Part shown: piece after piece, positions 1-13,961 of the stretch | Layout of the letters: every line of letters begins with the position of its first letter | Position numbering within the stretch: position 1 is the stretch's first letter | Origin: Rotaria socialis | Lineage: Eukaryota | NCBI GenBank assembly: GCA_905331295.1 | Contig: CAJNYD010000012.1 | Span: forward strand, 620,001-684,000 | Length of the DNA stretch: 64,000 nucleotides | Direction: 5' to 3' | Made by a program: the position numbers and the translations under genes | The notes under the pieces: model-generated | What the model saw: only the letters and a program-made list of their open reading frames with translations | Database searches by the model: none | Told to the model about the DNA's origin: nothing

Positions 1-1694
1 ATTCAATTCAGAGAAAAAGATTTTTTTCGGCGGAGCCATCGAAGTCGATTTAACCGCAAGTATTATAAAGAAGACTAGATCCGATCTTTTTAATTCAGTT
101 ATTGTTGTAATATTTTCTTCGAGGATAAACAGTAGAAATGCAATCTCGAAGTTTCTGATTCGGCTTTATTTGTACTGTCTACCCTCCATTCTTTCAGAAG
201 AAAAAACTGCCCTGGCAAGGTGTCTCTGTGTTTTTTTATGCAAGAAAAGCATATTTTTACATCAATGAGGTGATGAAAAAAGTTAACTTCAAGCAATTTA
301 GTAATTAGATGAAACTATCGATTCATTACAAGTAGCAAGAACATCGTTGCTCATCGAATAGATTGCTTGAGACATTTCGAGCAAATACTCAAGAGGAGTG
401 ATGTTAATGAAAGTGGTTTTTGATGTGGAATAATTTTTGTGTTGTGTTTTACTACTACGCGAAATTAGATATGTGGGCTAGAGAAATCTGATACCTCAAA
501 ATGGCTATCGCAGTAAAAGAACTGTTTGCCATCATTATACTATGAAGTTTATGTTAGTTCTCGTTTTACTCGTAGATGATCGGATGAGTGCACAGTTGAA
601 AAAAGAACTTTCAGGTTCAGTATTGGATTTTCGAAGAGAATGCTGATACCAGTGACCCGACGCGTTACATTTCCATTCTCATCTACTATTGAGTTTAGTA
701 ATTAATCATCGCTAAGAATAATAATCATGAGGCGTTTCAACCAATTACTCGTAAGTAAGAATATTATCTTCAGCTAGTTCATATGCTCATGTTTTTATTT
801 TATCTTCAAAAGCAAAGCAAACATCGTGAATGCTTAAGTATCAATAAACAATGATTTGTTATATAGAAATCGTTTAGACATTAATATGAAACCTCTCAAT
901 GGTACACTTCTCAAAAAGTGCATGCACTGCAAATTATGCTGTAAAGATCATCTTTCTTTCAGCGATCTCTAGTTCAAATTTCAAACAAACTCACTTTTCA
1001 ATGTCATTACGAGAATCGACCGCACAGCAAATACTTCGTTGCGAAAATTTTATTCCGAGTAACTTTAGTACAACAGTTCTAAATCTTTTTTCATGCAAAA
1101 TAATTCACTATCGCAAAAAATAATACTAAGAATTTGTGCCACAGACAAACAAACACGTTAGAATCGGATGCGACCGATAGAAAATGATATTTCAATACAG
1201 ATGAATTGATGGTATCACGCGTGATAGCTATAGTCGATGTCTATGACATCTGTATATATAAAAAACATCAGTTCAATTTTTTTTGTAAAGAATAATAATA
1301 TTTCAAGTGGATAGTAATTTGTACTCAAGGATGTATTTTAACCTTGAAATACAAGAATTATATTATTGTATTGAGTTTCGAGGTTTTCCCTGCCGAAGTG
1401 GCGTTGCAATACTTGTTAAATAAATATGTCTTATTATGTCTAGAGAACAAGTATGAGAAAACTGTAATTTGTTGCAATAACTGTAAGATACAATTTCATT
1501 AATAGACAATCCGTTCTATAATTGAAACTGAACATAAATGAACGCCATCTATTACTGGACTGCATTCTTTTGATGTTTACTATTGTTTATTGAATTCCAC
1601 ATAGCTGCAATGCGGTTGCGTGTGTATGCTTTCATTCATTCATTCATTCTTAAGTCATTTTTTTCTTCTTTCATCGATCGAGGCGTTGGTATAA

Positions 1695-4600
1695 ATGACC
1701 TCATTATCCGCCAGTGAACAAGAAAAAAGTTTATTTGCACAGAATGAACAACCACCGGCAAATCTTCAACAATCTGAAAGTCTTGACGGCATGAAGCGAA
1801 TTCATTCATTTTCATCATCGCTAACTTCAGCAACGTTGCCAAATCAACAACGACAGCCTTATCGATCTTTATCGTCGCATGATTTGATTTCATCATCGCC
1901 TTTATCGTCTGTTCATACACGAAATAATAATAATAATTCAAATGATAATGATTTATTCGTAAATCCATTTGATAGACGTCTTACTGATCATTTTCTTCTC
2001 TGGGAAAAAGAGTATGATAAACGAGTTCAGCAAATGAATGAAATCAAATGTACTGAATTAAATAAATTAAAACTTTATTATGAAACAAAATTACGTGAAT
2101 GCGAAGATAATAATAGACAATTAGAAGTTCATTCAGGTCAGATAAATCACGAAAATAGACGTTTAAAAATCGAAATTGAACATGAAAAGCAACAAAACAA
2201 AATCGAACAAGTAAAATTCCTCTCTTTTGTATTCTCACATCATAAAACTTATCGTTTATTTTTTATTACATAGACAGCATTAGAACAACATTTAAAAGAG
2301 TTCAAAGGCCATCTAGAGAGGAAAATTCATGAAATAAAAATTGTTCACGAACATGATAAACAAGAAATTAAACAACATCATTCACGGATATATCAAGATC
2401 TATTAGATGAAACAAATCAAGTAAACAATATTTAATCAAACATCTTCTAAGAAATATATACTTATATTCGTTTGTAATTTTTAAGCGTTTAAAACAAATG
2501 GAAAGTAACTATAAATATCAACAATCAACCAATGAGACAGTTGTTGAAGAAATGGAAAAACGACTGGCAGATTTTCATTCCAACGTTCAACAACTTCAAC
2601 AAGTGAAACAAAAACTCGAAGAAGATAAAATCCAATTAACTAAAAAAAATGAACAACTACAATTACAGGTATGTCCCTGGAGTCGAATCTCGACTATCCA
2701 TTTCAATGTTCAAATGAAATACAAACTGTAAAATTCGAATAAAATTATGCACATAAACAATCTGAATAAGTTAAAACAATAATTTGAATAAGGAATTTCA
2801 ATGAAGGCTGAAAATTTTCGATAGACTTATGCATACTTCATGAGCTGTACTCGTCAATTCATGTGTTTTTTTTTCGAATAAGAATTTATTAGCATTAATT
2901 CAATGACACATTAAGAAATATCATTCCAAAATATTCGATCAATGTTTTTTTTAAGGTTCAAGAATTAACAAATAGGCAACGTCATATTGATCGTAACAAT
3001 GCTGATCAAATTCAACGCTATGACAATGAAATAAAATCTACTAATCTTCGTTGTGAATCAACAGTTGATTTATTACGTAAAGAAAATGAGATATTAAAAA
3101 GTAAATCAAGCAAAGCAATAGATGATCTAGAAACACAACTATTAAAAATAACAGAACAATTTCATGAAATAGAAAAATCATTCGAACTAAAAACAAATGA
3201 ACAACAACTAAACTATCATAACAATATAAAACAATGCGAAAATGATTATGAAAAAATTATTCTAGCATTAAAACAAGAATTAAAAGAACAAAATAAAAAA
3301 TACATTTTATCAATTCATCATAATGAGCAAATACAAAGTGAATTAAGACAACTAAAACATAAGATTACAATTGATTTAGAAAATCAAGTAAAATTCCTTT
3401 CTCGTGAAAAATTTTTTTTTCTATTTCAAACTTTTAGATCCAAGAAATGAATGATCGAACACGTGAAACAGAACAAATGTTGATGAACAAACTAAAATTT
3501 GAATATGAACAAGCTAATCAACGGTTTGTTTTTATGCGAATAAGAGTAAATTATGAATGTCGTGTTTCTTTTTATTTAAAGAGATCAAGAAAAACTACGT
3601 GAAAAGTTCAATAAAGAAATCCAAGATATAAAACGTAAATATGAGCAAATAGTCGAAAAAAACGAAGAAACAATGAAGAATGATTTTAAAATAATTGATC
3701 AAGCATCTGTTGACACGAAACGAACACATGAAATTGAAAAACAACAGGTTTGTTTACAATCCAATATTTTGCTTAATCAAAACAAATACAACCTACAATA
3801 GAATAGTTAGCATATGTCCACCGTGATCAGTACTTATGAAAACAAACTCCTAGAAAAACCATTTCAATTTTACGAGTGATTGAAAAATCATAATACTTCA
3901 AAATTTCGAATTTTTTTACTAACGAGAAAACATAAATATACATCGTGCTGCTGCCGTAACAGTGGCAACAACTGTTCGTTGAAGGACGTTATTAAAATTT
4001 ATACAGCTAGAAAAATATTTTAATGGGTTACTCATATAATTGAAACCGAAAGACATTAATGGATTTTTGTGACAGTCGTATGGATGAATAGCTATCATTA
4101 CACATGAATATGTTAATCATGACCATGAAGCTTTACAACTACAAATGAAGTAGAATACTGCATGATATTGGTGAAAGGCGATGTTTATTAACTATAGTAG
4201 TGTATTTAGATTGAATTCCAAATATAAGCAGCACTTATTATTTTGTTCAGACTCGTGAAGTTGATACTTGAATATTTCTAAAATATTTTCATTTTTACTG
4301 ATGTGCAAATATTCGAAGAGTAACTTACTGCCCTTTCTCGGTTCTAGACAAGAAAAATAGACCGTACGCGTGACGTTATACCGTATAAATTTAAATGGCT
4401 TCTGTAGGATTATATATATAAGATGATTCGTGTGTACAAAAGAGAAAGTTGTATTTTGTTTGATTGTTTACTCAGTAAAATGAATCCTCAGAATATTGCA
4501 AATCATCTAATTCGAAAGGCGGCAGATGCAAGATGATTGCTATGAAATAGGCAGTAGGAACATTTCTACTTAAATACAGTTGAATCATCGACATCTGAAA

Positions 4601-6536
4601 ACAGTTTTTTCCCTCACAATGAATATTTTCCCAGGCTCAGCTAAACGAAAAAAAAACAAATTCTTCACAACCTAATCTCTGAATAAGTGTTCATTGAGAA
4701 AACTACGTATTACTTTTTCTCAAAATACGAAGATAAATGTGCAGATTGAATTAAGCAATGCTTACTGAATGAGACAAAAAAAACTTATCAATCTACGACG
4801 AACAAGAGACAACAAAGTCGTGCGCCATGGGAAAATTTCGAGGTTCGCACAGGTGAAGAATACGAAATAATAAGTAAGAACCTAAAACTTATTGCTTTAG
4901 CATAAGAATTTTTACTCTAAGCATTCGAATGAATTTCGAGAGCTTGATGTTTTTTTTTCTTCAGATAAACTTATTTTCGTTTTTCTTTATAAACAAGGTT
5001 ATTTTTTATGCGCTGAATATTCTACCAGTCACAAATAAATTCTACGTCATCCAATTGATAGACGTATTTAATTAACAAAAAGAAAGAAAGAAAAGAAAAG
5101 ATCCACAGGTAATTATTTTTTTTCTCTATAATTATGTTTAATCATCATCTAAAATTATACTTCACTATACTATCTCACATAGTTGAAATGAAATTTTACG
5201 ACTCTCATATAGATCGATGATATATCATTGAAACTAATTCAATTATTGAAGAGAATACGAACACAATTAATTTTTAACTATCACCCTGTAGAAAACTAAA
5301 ACAGAACATTAATTTTTTGCAAATAATAACGAAATTCTCACATATTGTTTTCTCTTTTCTTTTTCGGTTCGTAAATAGCTTGTCAATCATTATGAACAAT
5401 ATATACGAAAACTTGAAACTAAGTGTGAAAACATAAGTGATGAATACGAAAAACGTATTGAACAAGTAATTTCTAAAACGCATGAACAAGTGAAATCAAT
5501 GGAAGGTTTGTTTCAAAAGAAAATAGAATCCAATACATTCTACTAAAATATTTCGTTCTAGATGAATATGAAGCACGTTTTGCTAATCAACAAGCGGTTA
5601 TTAATGATCAACAAAAAATAATTCAAGCATTTAAAGATGAGGAAAATCGAGCTAAAACAGTTTTTGAAAAGCAATGCAAAATTCTCAGTGACCAATCATT
5701 ACGTGAAAAAAATGAAATTAAAGCAGTACGTCGAAACATTCAATCAGATTTTTTTCTTCAAAGCGAGCAGAGCTGCCAAAATTTTTGTTTTAGAAATAAA
5801 ATGTTCAATTCTTGAGGTATTATCGGATCTTCGAGAAATTTCAGAATACTCCTATTCTCGTTAGATATCGATAACTTCATCAGATGAGCTCATTTTTTCG
5901 AAACGATACCTGTGAAAATTGCCCTAGTGAAAAATTCGAAAAATCAATTTTTGTTAGTGACTGATTTAATATTGCGCTTGAAAGTTGAGCACCAAAGGCC
6001 TCGCTCAGCTAAAGTGTAATTTAACGAATGATGAAGTACGTTTGAAATTAAACATTTTCTTTTTTCGACAATAAAAAATCATAGAATTGAAATATCGAAT
6101 TTTTGGTTGTTGTAATGGCACCATCTGTTTTAATCATTACGATAATTTGATAGGCTGGAAACTTGCTTGTAACAAGCTTGATAAATTTTATAGGATAAAA
6201 AATTAGTTTGATTTTTATTTTATTCTCTTTTAGCAATTTGATCTATGTATGAAAAATTTGGAGAAGAATTTCAGTACATTAGCGTCAAAAAAAGAACAAT
6301 TGGAACGTAAATTATCAATTTTAAAAGAGCATCATAAAAACGAAATGCTGGAATTGCGTTTAACATATGAAAAAAATATTAAAGGTCTACTAACAAATGA
6401 TGTTCGTCTGGATTTAGAAAATACAATATTTTCATTGAAACAACAAGTCGTTTATTTACAACAACGTATTGCTTTTCTTCAAAAAGAACTCGAACAGTAT
6501 GTACAAATATATGGCCATCGACCGTCGTTGAAATGA
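1695..6536 (+). CDS. CEP112: Centrosomal coiled-coil protein, CEP112/CCDC46-like; multi-exon (approx. 1695-2210, 2274-2420, 2486-2668, 2956-3387, 3438-3523, 3582-3747, 5379-5505, 5562-5725, 6234-6536); 5' end may be incomplete
   Basis: Coiled-coil exons joined by GT-AG introns with compatible phase. The C-terminus YEKNIKGLLTNDVRLDLENTIFSLKQQVVYLQQRIAFLQKEL closely resembles the CEP112 C-terminus as I recall it. Confidence 0.75.
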
Positions 6537-7038
6537 TGACATGAAAAACAAAACTTCAATTTATTGTGTTTTTGTTGTGAAAAATTATTTTTTATAATCT
6601 CAATTTTTTAATTCTTTTTCATGTCTTCGTGCATTTCTCTTTTTGTTTCTGTGTAAATTTGAATAAATCAGTAGTTACAATAGTTATTATTTTGTTTCTA
6701 TCCGTTTCTCCGTAGAGTAACCATGTCCGTATGATTTTTGTGATGCATTTAAGGACAACATTTATTTTCTTTTCTTCTTCTTCTTCTTCTTCTCGCCTTT
6801 TATTTCTTCACATCGTCATAAATGCATACACGAACGGCAGCATTTTTCTGTTTATGATGTGTGCCGTACAATGCCTGATGACGTCATAGCGAAGCCATAT
6901 AGAAGTGGTCTAGTGTAGATATATATATATGAATATATCCACACATCCATTTCGCTTGATTCAAATCACAAGAGAAAAACGATGAAATCTCATTTATGAT
7001 TATTTTTTTTCATTTAATTTAGATTGACTATTCCAACG

Positions 7039-8130
7039 ATGGAGGTTTTTGAATCGTTCTATCGGAACCCAATCCTTCGTGAATATCTCAATCCAAAACA
7101 ATTACAAGTAACACCATGGGTGCTCGATCCAATCGGTATAAATCATCCATTTGTGTTTGATTTTGAAAAGAAATTTTTCGATAAAACCTATGCCCATAAT
7201 ATCTATAATTGGATGAACAAATGGTGGTGGTTAAGTATCGTCTATTCAATAATATATGTCGGCTTTATTTATTATGGTCGTTCATTGATGGAAAAACGTG
7301 AACGTTTTGAATTACGGTTGCCATTAATATTGTGGAATGTTGCATTGGCTTTATTTAGTATATTTGGCATGATACGTTGTGTACCTGAAATGATTTATGG
7401 CATAGATAAACGGGGCTTGCAATACACTATTTGTGATAATAGTAATATTTACGGTGTCACTGGATTTTGGTACGTAAATGTAATTCTATTTTTAGCTTAT
7501 TTTCGCGATTTCATTTTTAAGGATTACAATATTTTGCATATCAAAAGTTCCTGAACTTATTGATACATTATTCATTGTATTACGGAAACAGAAATTAATT
7601 TTTCTTCATTGGTTTCATCATGCTACTGTCTTAATTTATGCTTGGTATAGGTAAGAATTAATTGTTGTTGTTGTTGTTTTGATCCTAAAATATTAAAATT
7701 ATTGTTAACAGTTATCACGATTGGACAGCTAGTGGACGTTGGTTTGTGTTTCTGAATTACAGTGTTCACGGTAAGTTTTGAAATATATATACACATATAA
7801 TTTTTACGCAGTATTTTCATTTGTTTAGCATTGATGTATAGCTATTATGCATTTCGAGCTATGAAATTTCAGATACCAAAATGGATTAGTGTAACAGTTA
7901 CTACGTTTCAATTATCGCAAATGGTTGTTGGCTGCTTTGTTAATTATAAAGCATACATCTATAAACAAAATGGTGCAGCATGTGATGTTGCTTATGCTAA
8001 TATATTTTGGTCGTTTGTTATGTATGCGGTTTATTTTGGTTTATTTCTTCATTTCTTTTTTGTATCTTATTTATCGAAAAAGCCAACAGCCAAAGTAAGT
8101 TTTGAGAATGAACGTAAAAAGAACAAATAA
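7039..8130 (+). CDS. Very-long-chain fatty acid elongase (ELO/GNS1/SUR4 family, ELOVL6/3-like), 4 exons
   Basis: Spliced translation gives [27 protein letters not shown] (HxxHH box), [16 protein letters not shown] and a C-terminal lysine-rich ER-retention-like end (RKKNK). Confidence 0.93.
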
Positions 8131-8413
8131 AACTTTGGAATATGATTTCAAGATTACGAGTTAGGTCAAATGGTTTTTCTTTTTCTTTTTCTTTTTCTCT
8201 TATCTATGTTGTTACGATGTCGTAATTCTTTTTACATTAAAGCACGGAAGATCACCGAGTATCACCTTTTTTTTTCTTTGTTGATTGTAATCTATTCACA
8301 TGAAATAAAAGTTTGATTAAGAAAGTGACGGATAAATGAAGGTGTATGGTGATGCGTGTTGCTATCTGATATTTCTTTTGTACGGGAGAAAAAAAATGAA
8401 TGAAAAAAAGATC

Positions 8414-8487
8414 TGGTCCCTATGAGGATCGAACTCATGACCTCCGCGTTATTAGCACGGCGCTCTAACCAGCTGAGCTAAGGGACC
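8414..8487 (-). tRNA. tRNA-Ile (anticodon AAT)
   Basis: Minus strand reads GGTCCCTTAGCTCAGCTGGTTAGAGCGCCGTGCT-AAT-AACGCGGAGGTCATGAGTTCGATCCTCATAGGGACCA: cloverleaf with A and B boxes, followed by a T-run Pol III terminator. Confidence 0.96.
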
Positions 8488-9244
8488 GATGGCATTGAAG
8501 GAAAAACAAATTCAATAGATATTGATAATCGTTAGTAATTTCGTTCGATTTTTCATCTGCAATTCTATTCAACACAAACATCAAATAAAAACTGTACCAT
8601 AGCGACGCACTTATTGTTCTTTTATGTATGCAACGATTCTATATTGTTGCAACTTTAAAATAGTGTTCGTTACGTCAAAATAATTGATTTCGTGCCAACT
8701 AGGTTCGAATAGTTTTCATTGGTTTACTTTTTGATAACCGAATGATATGATACAAAGTAAACCCAAAATTTTCCAATGATCTTCACTCAGCACATTTCTT
8801 TCGTTTCAAACAGCATCTCAAGATGCAAGACATGAGAAATTCTTAATTTTTTTCGATTTTTACTTTTTAAGGACAGAAGAAAGGTTAGCACGTTAAATAC
8901 TTGAAAAATTCCTTATAAATAGTCATGCATATAACGAAATCGTTTTTGTTTCGAGAGAAATAGCGAGAAAAGAAACTGTAGGCTTTTTTTATTTAGACAG
9001 CGTGAGAGATTGTTCATTTTAATAATGGAGAGATGATAGAATTAATTGGTGTATGTATAGAATCTATCGGCTTATTTCTAGGGAACGTGTCTTTTTTTTT
9101 GTATTATAGAAATATACGAAAATAAAATTGATCCACAGCAGAAAAGTCAATGAAAATCGGTGTATTTCAAAAGCCACCAGTCTTGATGAATTGATTTGCT
9201 TTGTGGTAACGAGAACTATTATGAGAACATCGATTAGTAAATTA

Positions 9245-9560
9245 CCATTTGTTTTTTGTAGCATTGATTGTTTGGGCTGTGGTTCTTCTAAAATCGATGT
9301 TTGATAGATATTTATTTTAACCAATGGGTGTAAGCAATTCGATGAAGTGGTTTGAACAAATCCTGAATATGATTCTAATTGAATTTTCTCAAAAAATTCG
9401 ATAATCAACGAATGAAGTCGGGAAATGTAGTTGGTTGGTTTGGAAGAAAAATCCAATTATAGGATTATACTTGTACTCTCCAAGTTTCACAATTATACCA
9501 GTTGCTCCTCCGAGCAACAAACCTGAGCGAAAATTTTTAAGAGACTCACGTTCACCTAAA
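9245..9560 (-). pseudogene. Possible frameshifted coding exon of an unidentified gene
   Basis: Two overlapping ORFs (..RSGLLLGGATGIIV..VDYRIF and FEKIQLESYSGFVQ..) join with a 1-nt shift in a homopolymer near 9391-9396, and a GT donor follows near 9245. No family recognised. Confidence 0.2.
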
Positions 9561-9825
9561 AATAATTTCAATAAATCGACTCTGAAAGTCGTATTCGTCG
9601 TGTACCGAACAATTTTCGACCGGCGGTGAATGTGAATGTAGATGTGTGTGGATTAGAACTCTGATTTAAGTATGCAAGCTATCGGTACTGGCATCAATAT
9701 CCACATCCACATCCGCATTCAAATTCTGTTTTTTAATACAAACTTTTTCTGCGTCATTTTGTTTTTTCATTGCTAATATAATATTATTCTCTTTCTGTCA
9801 TCAGAAGAGTTTTATTTAATTTTTT

Positions 9826-10467
9826 TTGTTATTTGCAATACGATTGTTGAATTTTTTGTTCTACTTTTCAAGGCATAGAAATAATTTCATCCAATTGAAT
9901 ATTGCAATATCTAACTTGTCTCGTACAAAAGCTACCCAAAATAAAAAAAAAATGATTGAAAGGTGGAGAACATAATCTGCTATTGTTCGATATTGCCAAG
10001 GTTTCTTTAATTCTACTTACAAATAATAACAGAGATCGATGTATTTCAATCATCTCGAAAACAAAATCGACATAAGAGAGAGAATAATTCAATCTGTTTC
10101 AGTGAACAAAAGCATAAAGTATCGGAATAAACCTAAATTCAAGTAGAATTTCATCTATGCGCGCGTCTTATATTTCCAGAAACGTCTATTGTGAAGATGC
10201 ATACCAGGTACTGATAGACTCAACAACATTTTCAAATTGTTGATTAAGATTCATCTTCATTGCAGTAGATTTTAGAAAGTAAAATTTTTATTCCTCTAGA
10301 TGAGACCTGAGAACAGGATTGGAAAGCGCGAACATTTGTATGTCCCGTCACGTACGCATTCATTACGGACAGTTGAACCTACCATAAGTCCTTATGCTTC
10401 ATCGATGAATCCATCATATCATAGACAATGGAACTCATCATTTACAAACGTGAGCAAGTGAGTAACA
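9826..10467 (+). repeat. About 640 bp near-identical direct repeat, copy 1 (copy 2 at about 15446-16088)
   Basis: Sequence from TTGTTATTT.CAATACGATTGTTG to GTGAGCAAGTGAGTAACA recurs with only a few differences. Confidence 0.92.
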
Positions 10468-12303
10468 CGGATAAAATACACGAAATTGCGTGTAAACTAT
10501 CGTGTTAGAAGTAAGATAATTTCTGATTTCTTTCTAGAGGGATGGCAAAAGACACTGTGAAGCCTAAAAGATGTTCATTGTTTGTGTTTGTATGCCCAAT
10601 CGTGAGTGCATTGTTGGCCGCAGCTTTAACGACTGGCATATATGGAACGATTGCTTTAGTCACCAAAAAATCAGTAAACACAACTGTACTTATAGGTATC
10701 CTAGGTTTAATTTAATTGAAACATCTATGTGAAATTAAAGATCGTCGAATCTCGATATGAATGCTTTGCTTATGTTGATTTGTTTTTCTAGTTTGTTCAT
10801 ATTCAAGTCATAGTCATAAGGAGAGTATAATAATAGATGCAACGGTAAATTCATCTCGATCAACTTATCGAGACTCCTCCAAAAGAAAAGCAAGATACTC
10901 ATGAAAGAGTTCTTATCTGTTCAAGATGCTTCGGTCATGAATTTTGTGTTTCAGTTTAAATCAGAAGTAAACTAATTAGTGAAACTCTTTGAAGTTCTTT
11001 TCCCATAATTCAACATTTCGCAAGCATCTTCAGTTGTGGATGAATTATGATAAAACTGCTAAAAAACTAAATAAGCATCTACACTTCTAAGAAATCTTTC
11101 CTGCATAATAATAGAGCAACTACGAATATGAGCTCTAATATTTCACACAGCAGACTGTATCAAACAGGACTTCTGCCTTTTAATTGATAATGCTACTGGG
11201 ATTTTTCTGTCAAATTTCATTCACTGCAGCTACAACTAATGAAAATATTTTTTTTAGAGATGTTTTAATAATTTTAGTGTACAACTTCATTTACTTGTTA
11301 CGCTTATATGTTGAAAGTGAAGACTTCCTACGTGGAGTCGACTGGAGATTTACTGCGATACCTTCCATTTTGATAGAGGCAACAATTTCGCGTCTTATTG
11401 AAAGTTATAGAAAAAACAAATTAGTTTTATTTAAGTTACTTGACTAGTATTGGTTAGCTCCTCTTCTGTTAATCATGTCAATTCAATTTGTAAGAACTTT
11501 TTTGATATATAGTTAATATTGACGTTGAAGGGAAAGAAATTTGAGATACTGTTTTCATCTCAACACAAATCGTGCAGATTCTACATCTCTCTTAAATTAG
11601 TAATTAAGAAAATACATATGAACTATGGGCCACAACTATGTACAATAGAAAACTAGAATTCTTGATTTAATCAATTAAGATTATGATTGTTTCAGAGCTG
11701 CCAACTGGTACAGTTATTCTCTATAGCGGAAGTGCAGCTGAACTGTCAGATCAGAATACTCTATGGTTATTTTGTAATGGTTCAGCAGTATCACGAACGA
11801 CTTACCAAACATTATTTTCTGTGGTTGGCATTACCTACGGACTTGGTAATGGTATAGATACGTTCAATTTACCTGATTTTCGTGCTCGGTTTCCATTGGG
11901 CAGTCAAGGAACGAACGATACTTTACTCCCGAGTGGTGGCAATTCGACACATACTATCGTAACAGCAGAGTTACCTGCACATACTCATGATCAAGGTACA
12001 CTATTAACACAAACCAATGGCGCACATGCACATGGATATACAGATCCAGGTCACAGTCACACTGGAGCAACAACTAGCGTACTGATTCCTACGTATGGCT
12101 ATGGTACTCCGTGGACTGGAGGATTTGGTTTCACCATGACTTCTCATGTCCATGGAATTTATGCTGATGTCACTGGTATCACTATACAATCGAGTGGAAG
12201 TCATACGCATACAATCAGTGGATCTACAGGTTCAGAAGGGCAGGGTCAACCAATGAATATAATGCCACCCTATCAAACTGTTCATTACATCATCCGAACA
12301 TAA
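10300..12303 (+). CDS. Type II membrane protein with phage tail-collar domain and HxH tail-fibre-like C-terminus, copy A; exons 10300-10457, 10538-10695 (TM), 11696-12303; tentative upstream exons from about 10039
   Basis: Last exon carries the collar motif P.G..ILY.G...WLFCNGSAVSRTTY..LF.V.G.TYG.GNG..TFNLPDFR.RFPLG, then AELPAHTH...NIMPPYQTVHYIIR (microcystin-dependent protein / tail fibre type). Splice phases are consistent (AA|gt..ag|A; ATA G|gt..cag|AG). The middle exon encodes the hydrophobic stretch LFVFVCPIVSALLAAALTTGIYGTIAL. Confidence 0.85.
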
Positions 12304-12753
12304 AAATGAGAAGATACTGGTAACTGGACATGCAAATCAGACTTTGAACTTTTCCCTTATCCGAATCAGTTGTATTTCTCTATTACTATCAATAAAGAAA
12401 GTTGTTGTCTCTTTTTCTTAAATTTTACATAGAATCGAGGGTGTGAATAGAGATTTGTTTTTTTGCTGAAATTAAGATTTGATTGCTTTAGACTAGTATT
12501 AATTTCCAGCACTCTATTAATACCGTACAGGTTATCAATGTGGTCTGATTCGAGCGTATCTACAACCTTTGTACTCTCGGTGACCGTTATCTTTACGATT
12601 TGTGTGAGTCATGATAATGATTTAGTCGTAGATGCTAGATATCACGAAAGACAATTGGATGCTAGGCCTTTTATTTACAAAAATATGCTGTTCAACGACA
12701 AAACGATGTATGCTTATTTATTTAGTTGAATAAGAAGTGACAAATATTTCGCA

Positions 12754-13154
12754 TCAAAGAGGTACCAAGGTGAAACGTTGACTTGCTTGATCGTGACATC
12801 GGAATAATTGTAATGGATTGTTGTTGACTATTTGACCATTGGGTACATCTAAACATTTGCCCATAACATGGATACGATTTGCTCCGTCAATTGTGAAAAC
12901 TTGATTTTCCTGGGCAGAACGACAGTGAAATAGTTGTATAGATTGATGATCAACGGCTCTCGAATCAGGGATATCCAAACATTTGCCCATGATACGAATT
13001 GAACCATCGTGATTTAATTCAAATTGTTGATTTTCTCTTCCGTGACACCGGAATAATTGAATTTGGGCGTGGAGGACAGCATCACCACCAGCTATATCGA
13101 GACATTTGCCAGTTGTTGTGTTTCCACCAACGACAATCAGGAAACGTTTAGATG
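12754..13154 (-). CDS. Ricin-B-type beta-trefoil lectin domain exon (probably the 3' exon of the CBM14 gene)
   Basis: Three repeats of GKCLD...(I/L)QLF.C....(N/S)Q.F. No in-frame ATG at the 5' end, but a TTGTAG acceptor sits at 13155-13160. Confidence 0.85.
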
Positions 13155-13750
13155 CTACAAGACAGACGCGCACAGAGGATTAAATCGACACTGACGAAAT
13201 ACTTCACATTTAAGACTTTAGTTGGTGGAGTATTAAAGCATGCAGTTCGGTCAACGCAACTGCTGGAATTCTGCCATTTCCACGTAGAAAACACCTACGA
13301 TTCTTTTCTGTCAAAAGAGATTATTCTATGGATCTTTGATTACACATAACTCAATGGTTGTGTACGAGCTAGATTTCTACTTTCCTTAGAGTCATCAATC
13401 GTTAGAACAAAAATATTCCGTTTCAATCGAGAGCCATTCAAAAGCTGCTGGCAGCCTTTCTTTGCGTATTATCTTCAAACAATTTAAATTTTCTCTTAAA
13501 TGTAGAGCACGTGAGTGATGCACCATATTATGTGCTTTGTTTACATACAACCATCAACTAATTGACAAAATCTACTTGTCTAATCATAGGTATTAGCTTT
13601 TCCCCTCGCATAATTGAATCTCATCATATGTGACTATTTCGATTAGTTTCAAGTTCAAAATAAAACTCTCTGGGTATCACACAAGCAAGTGCTGTTTTGT
13701 TTAGAAGTCAATATTGTGTCGGCTAATAAGAAAAAGCAAAATCAACAGAC

Positions 13751-13961
13751 CTTGAACTGACGGCCATTCACATACATGACTGCTCTGGTCCCAAACTAAT
13801 CCTGATGGGCAAGGCATCAAAAATGCAGTTCCAGATGCACATTGATAGTATGAATGCTTATCTTCTGAATTCAAAAACAAACCATCAGCTGGACATACAA
13901 ATCCAAGAGCCATCGATTTTAACGAAACACATAAAAGTACGGCGATCAATATGCCTTTCAT
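13751..13961 (-). CDS. Signal peptide + chitin-binding peritrophin-A (CBM14)-like domain exon
   Basis: Signal peptide MKGILIAVLLCVSLKSMALG, then CPADGLF....D..SYYQC..G....MPCPSGLVWDQ...VCEWP. A phase-1 GT donor follows at 13750. Confidence 0.85.

Noticed and set aside
10792..10844. Extra small exon in fibre gene A
   Set aside because: At 53 nt, its inclusion would shift the frame of the collar exon.
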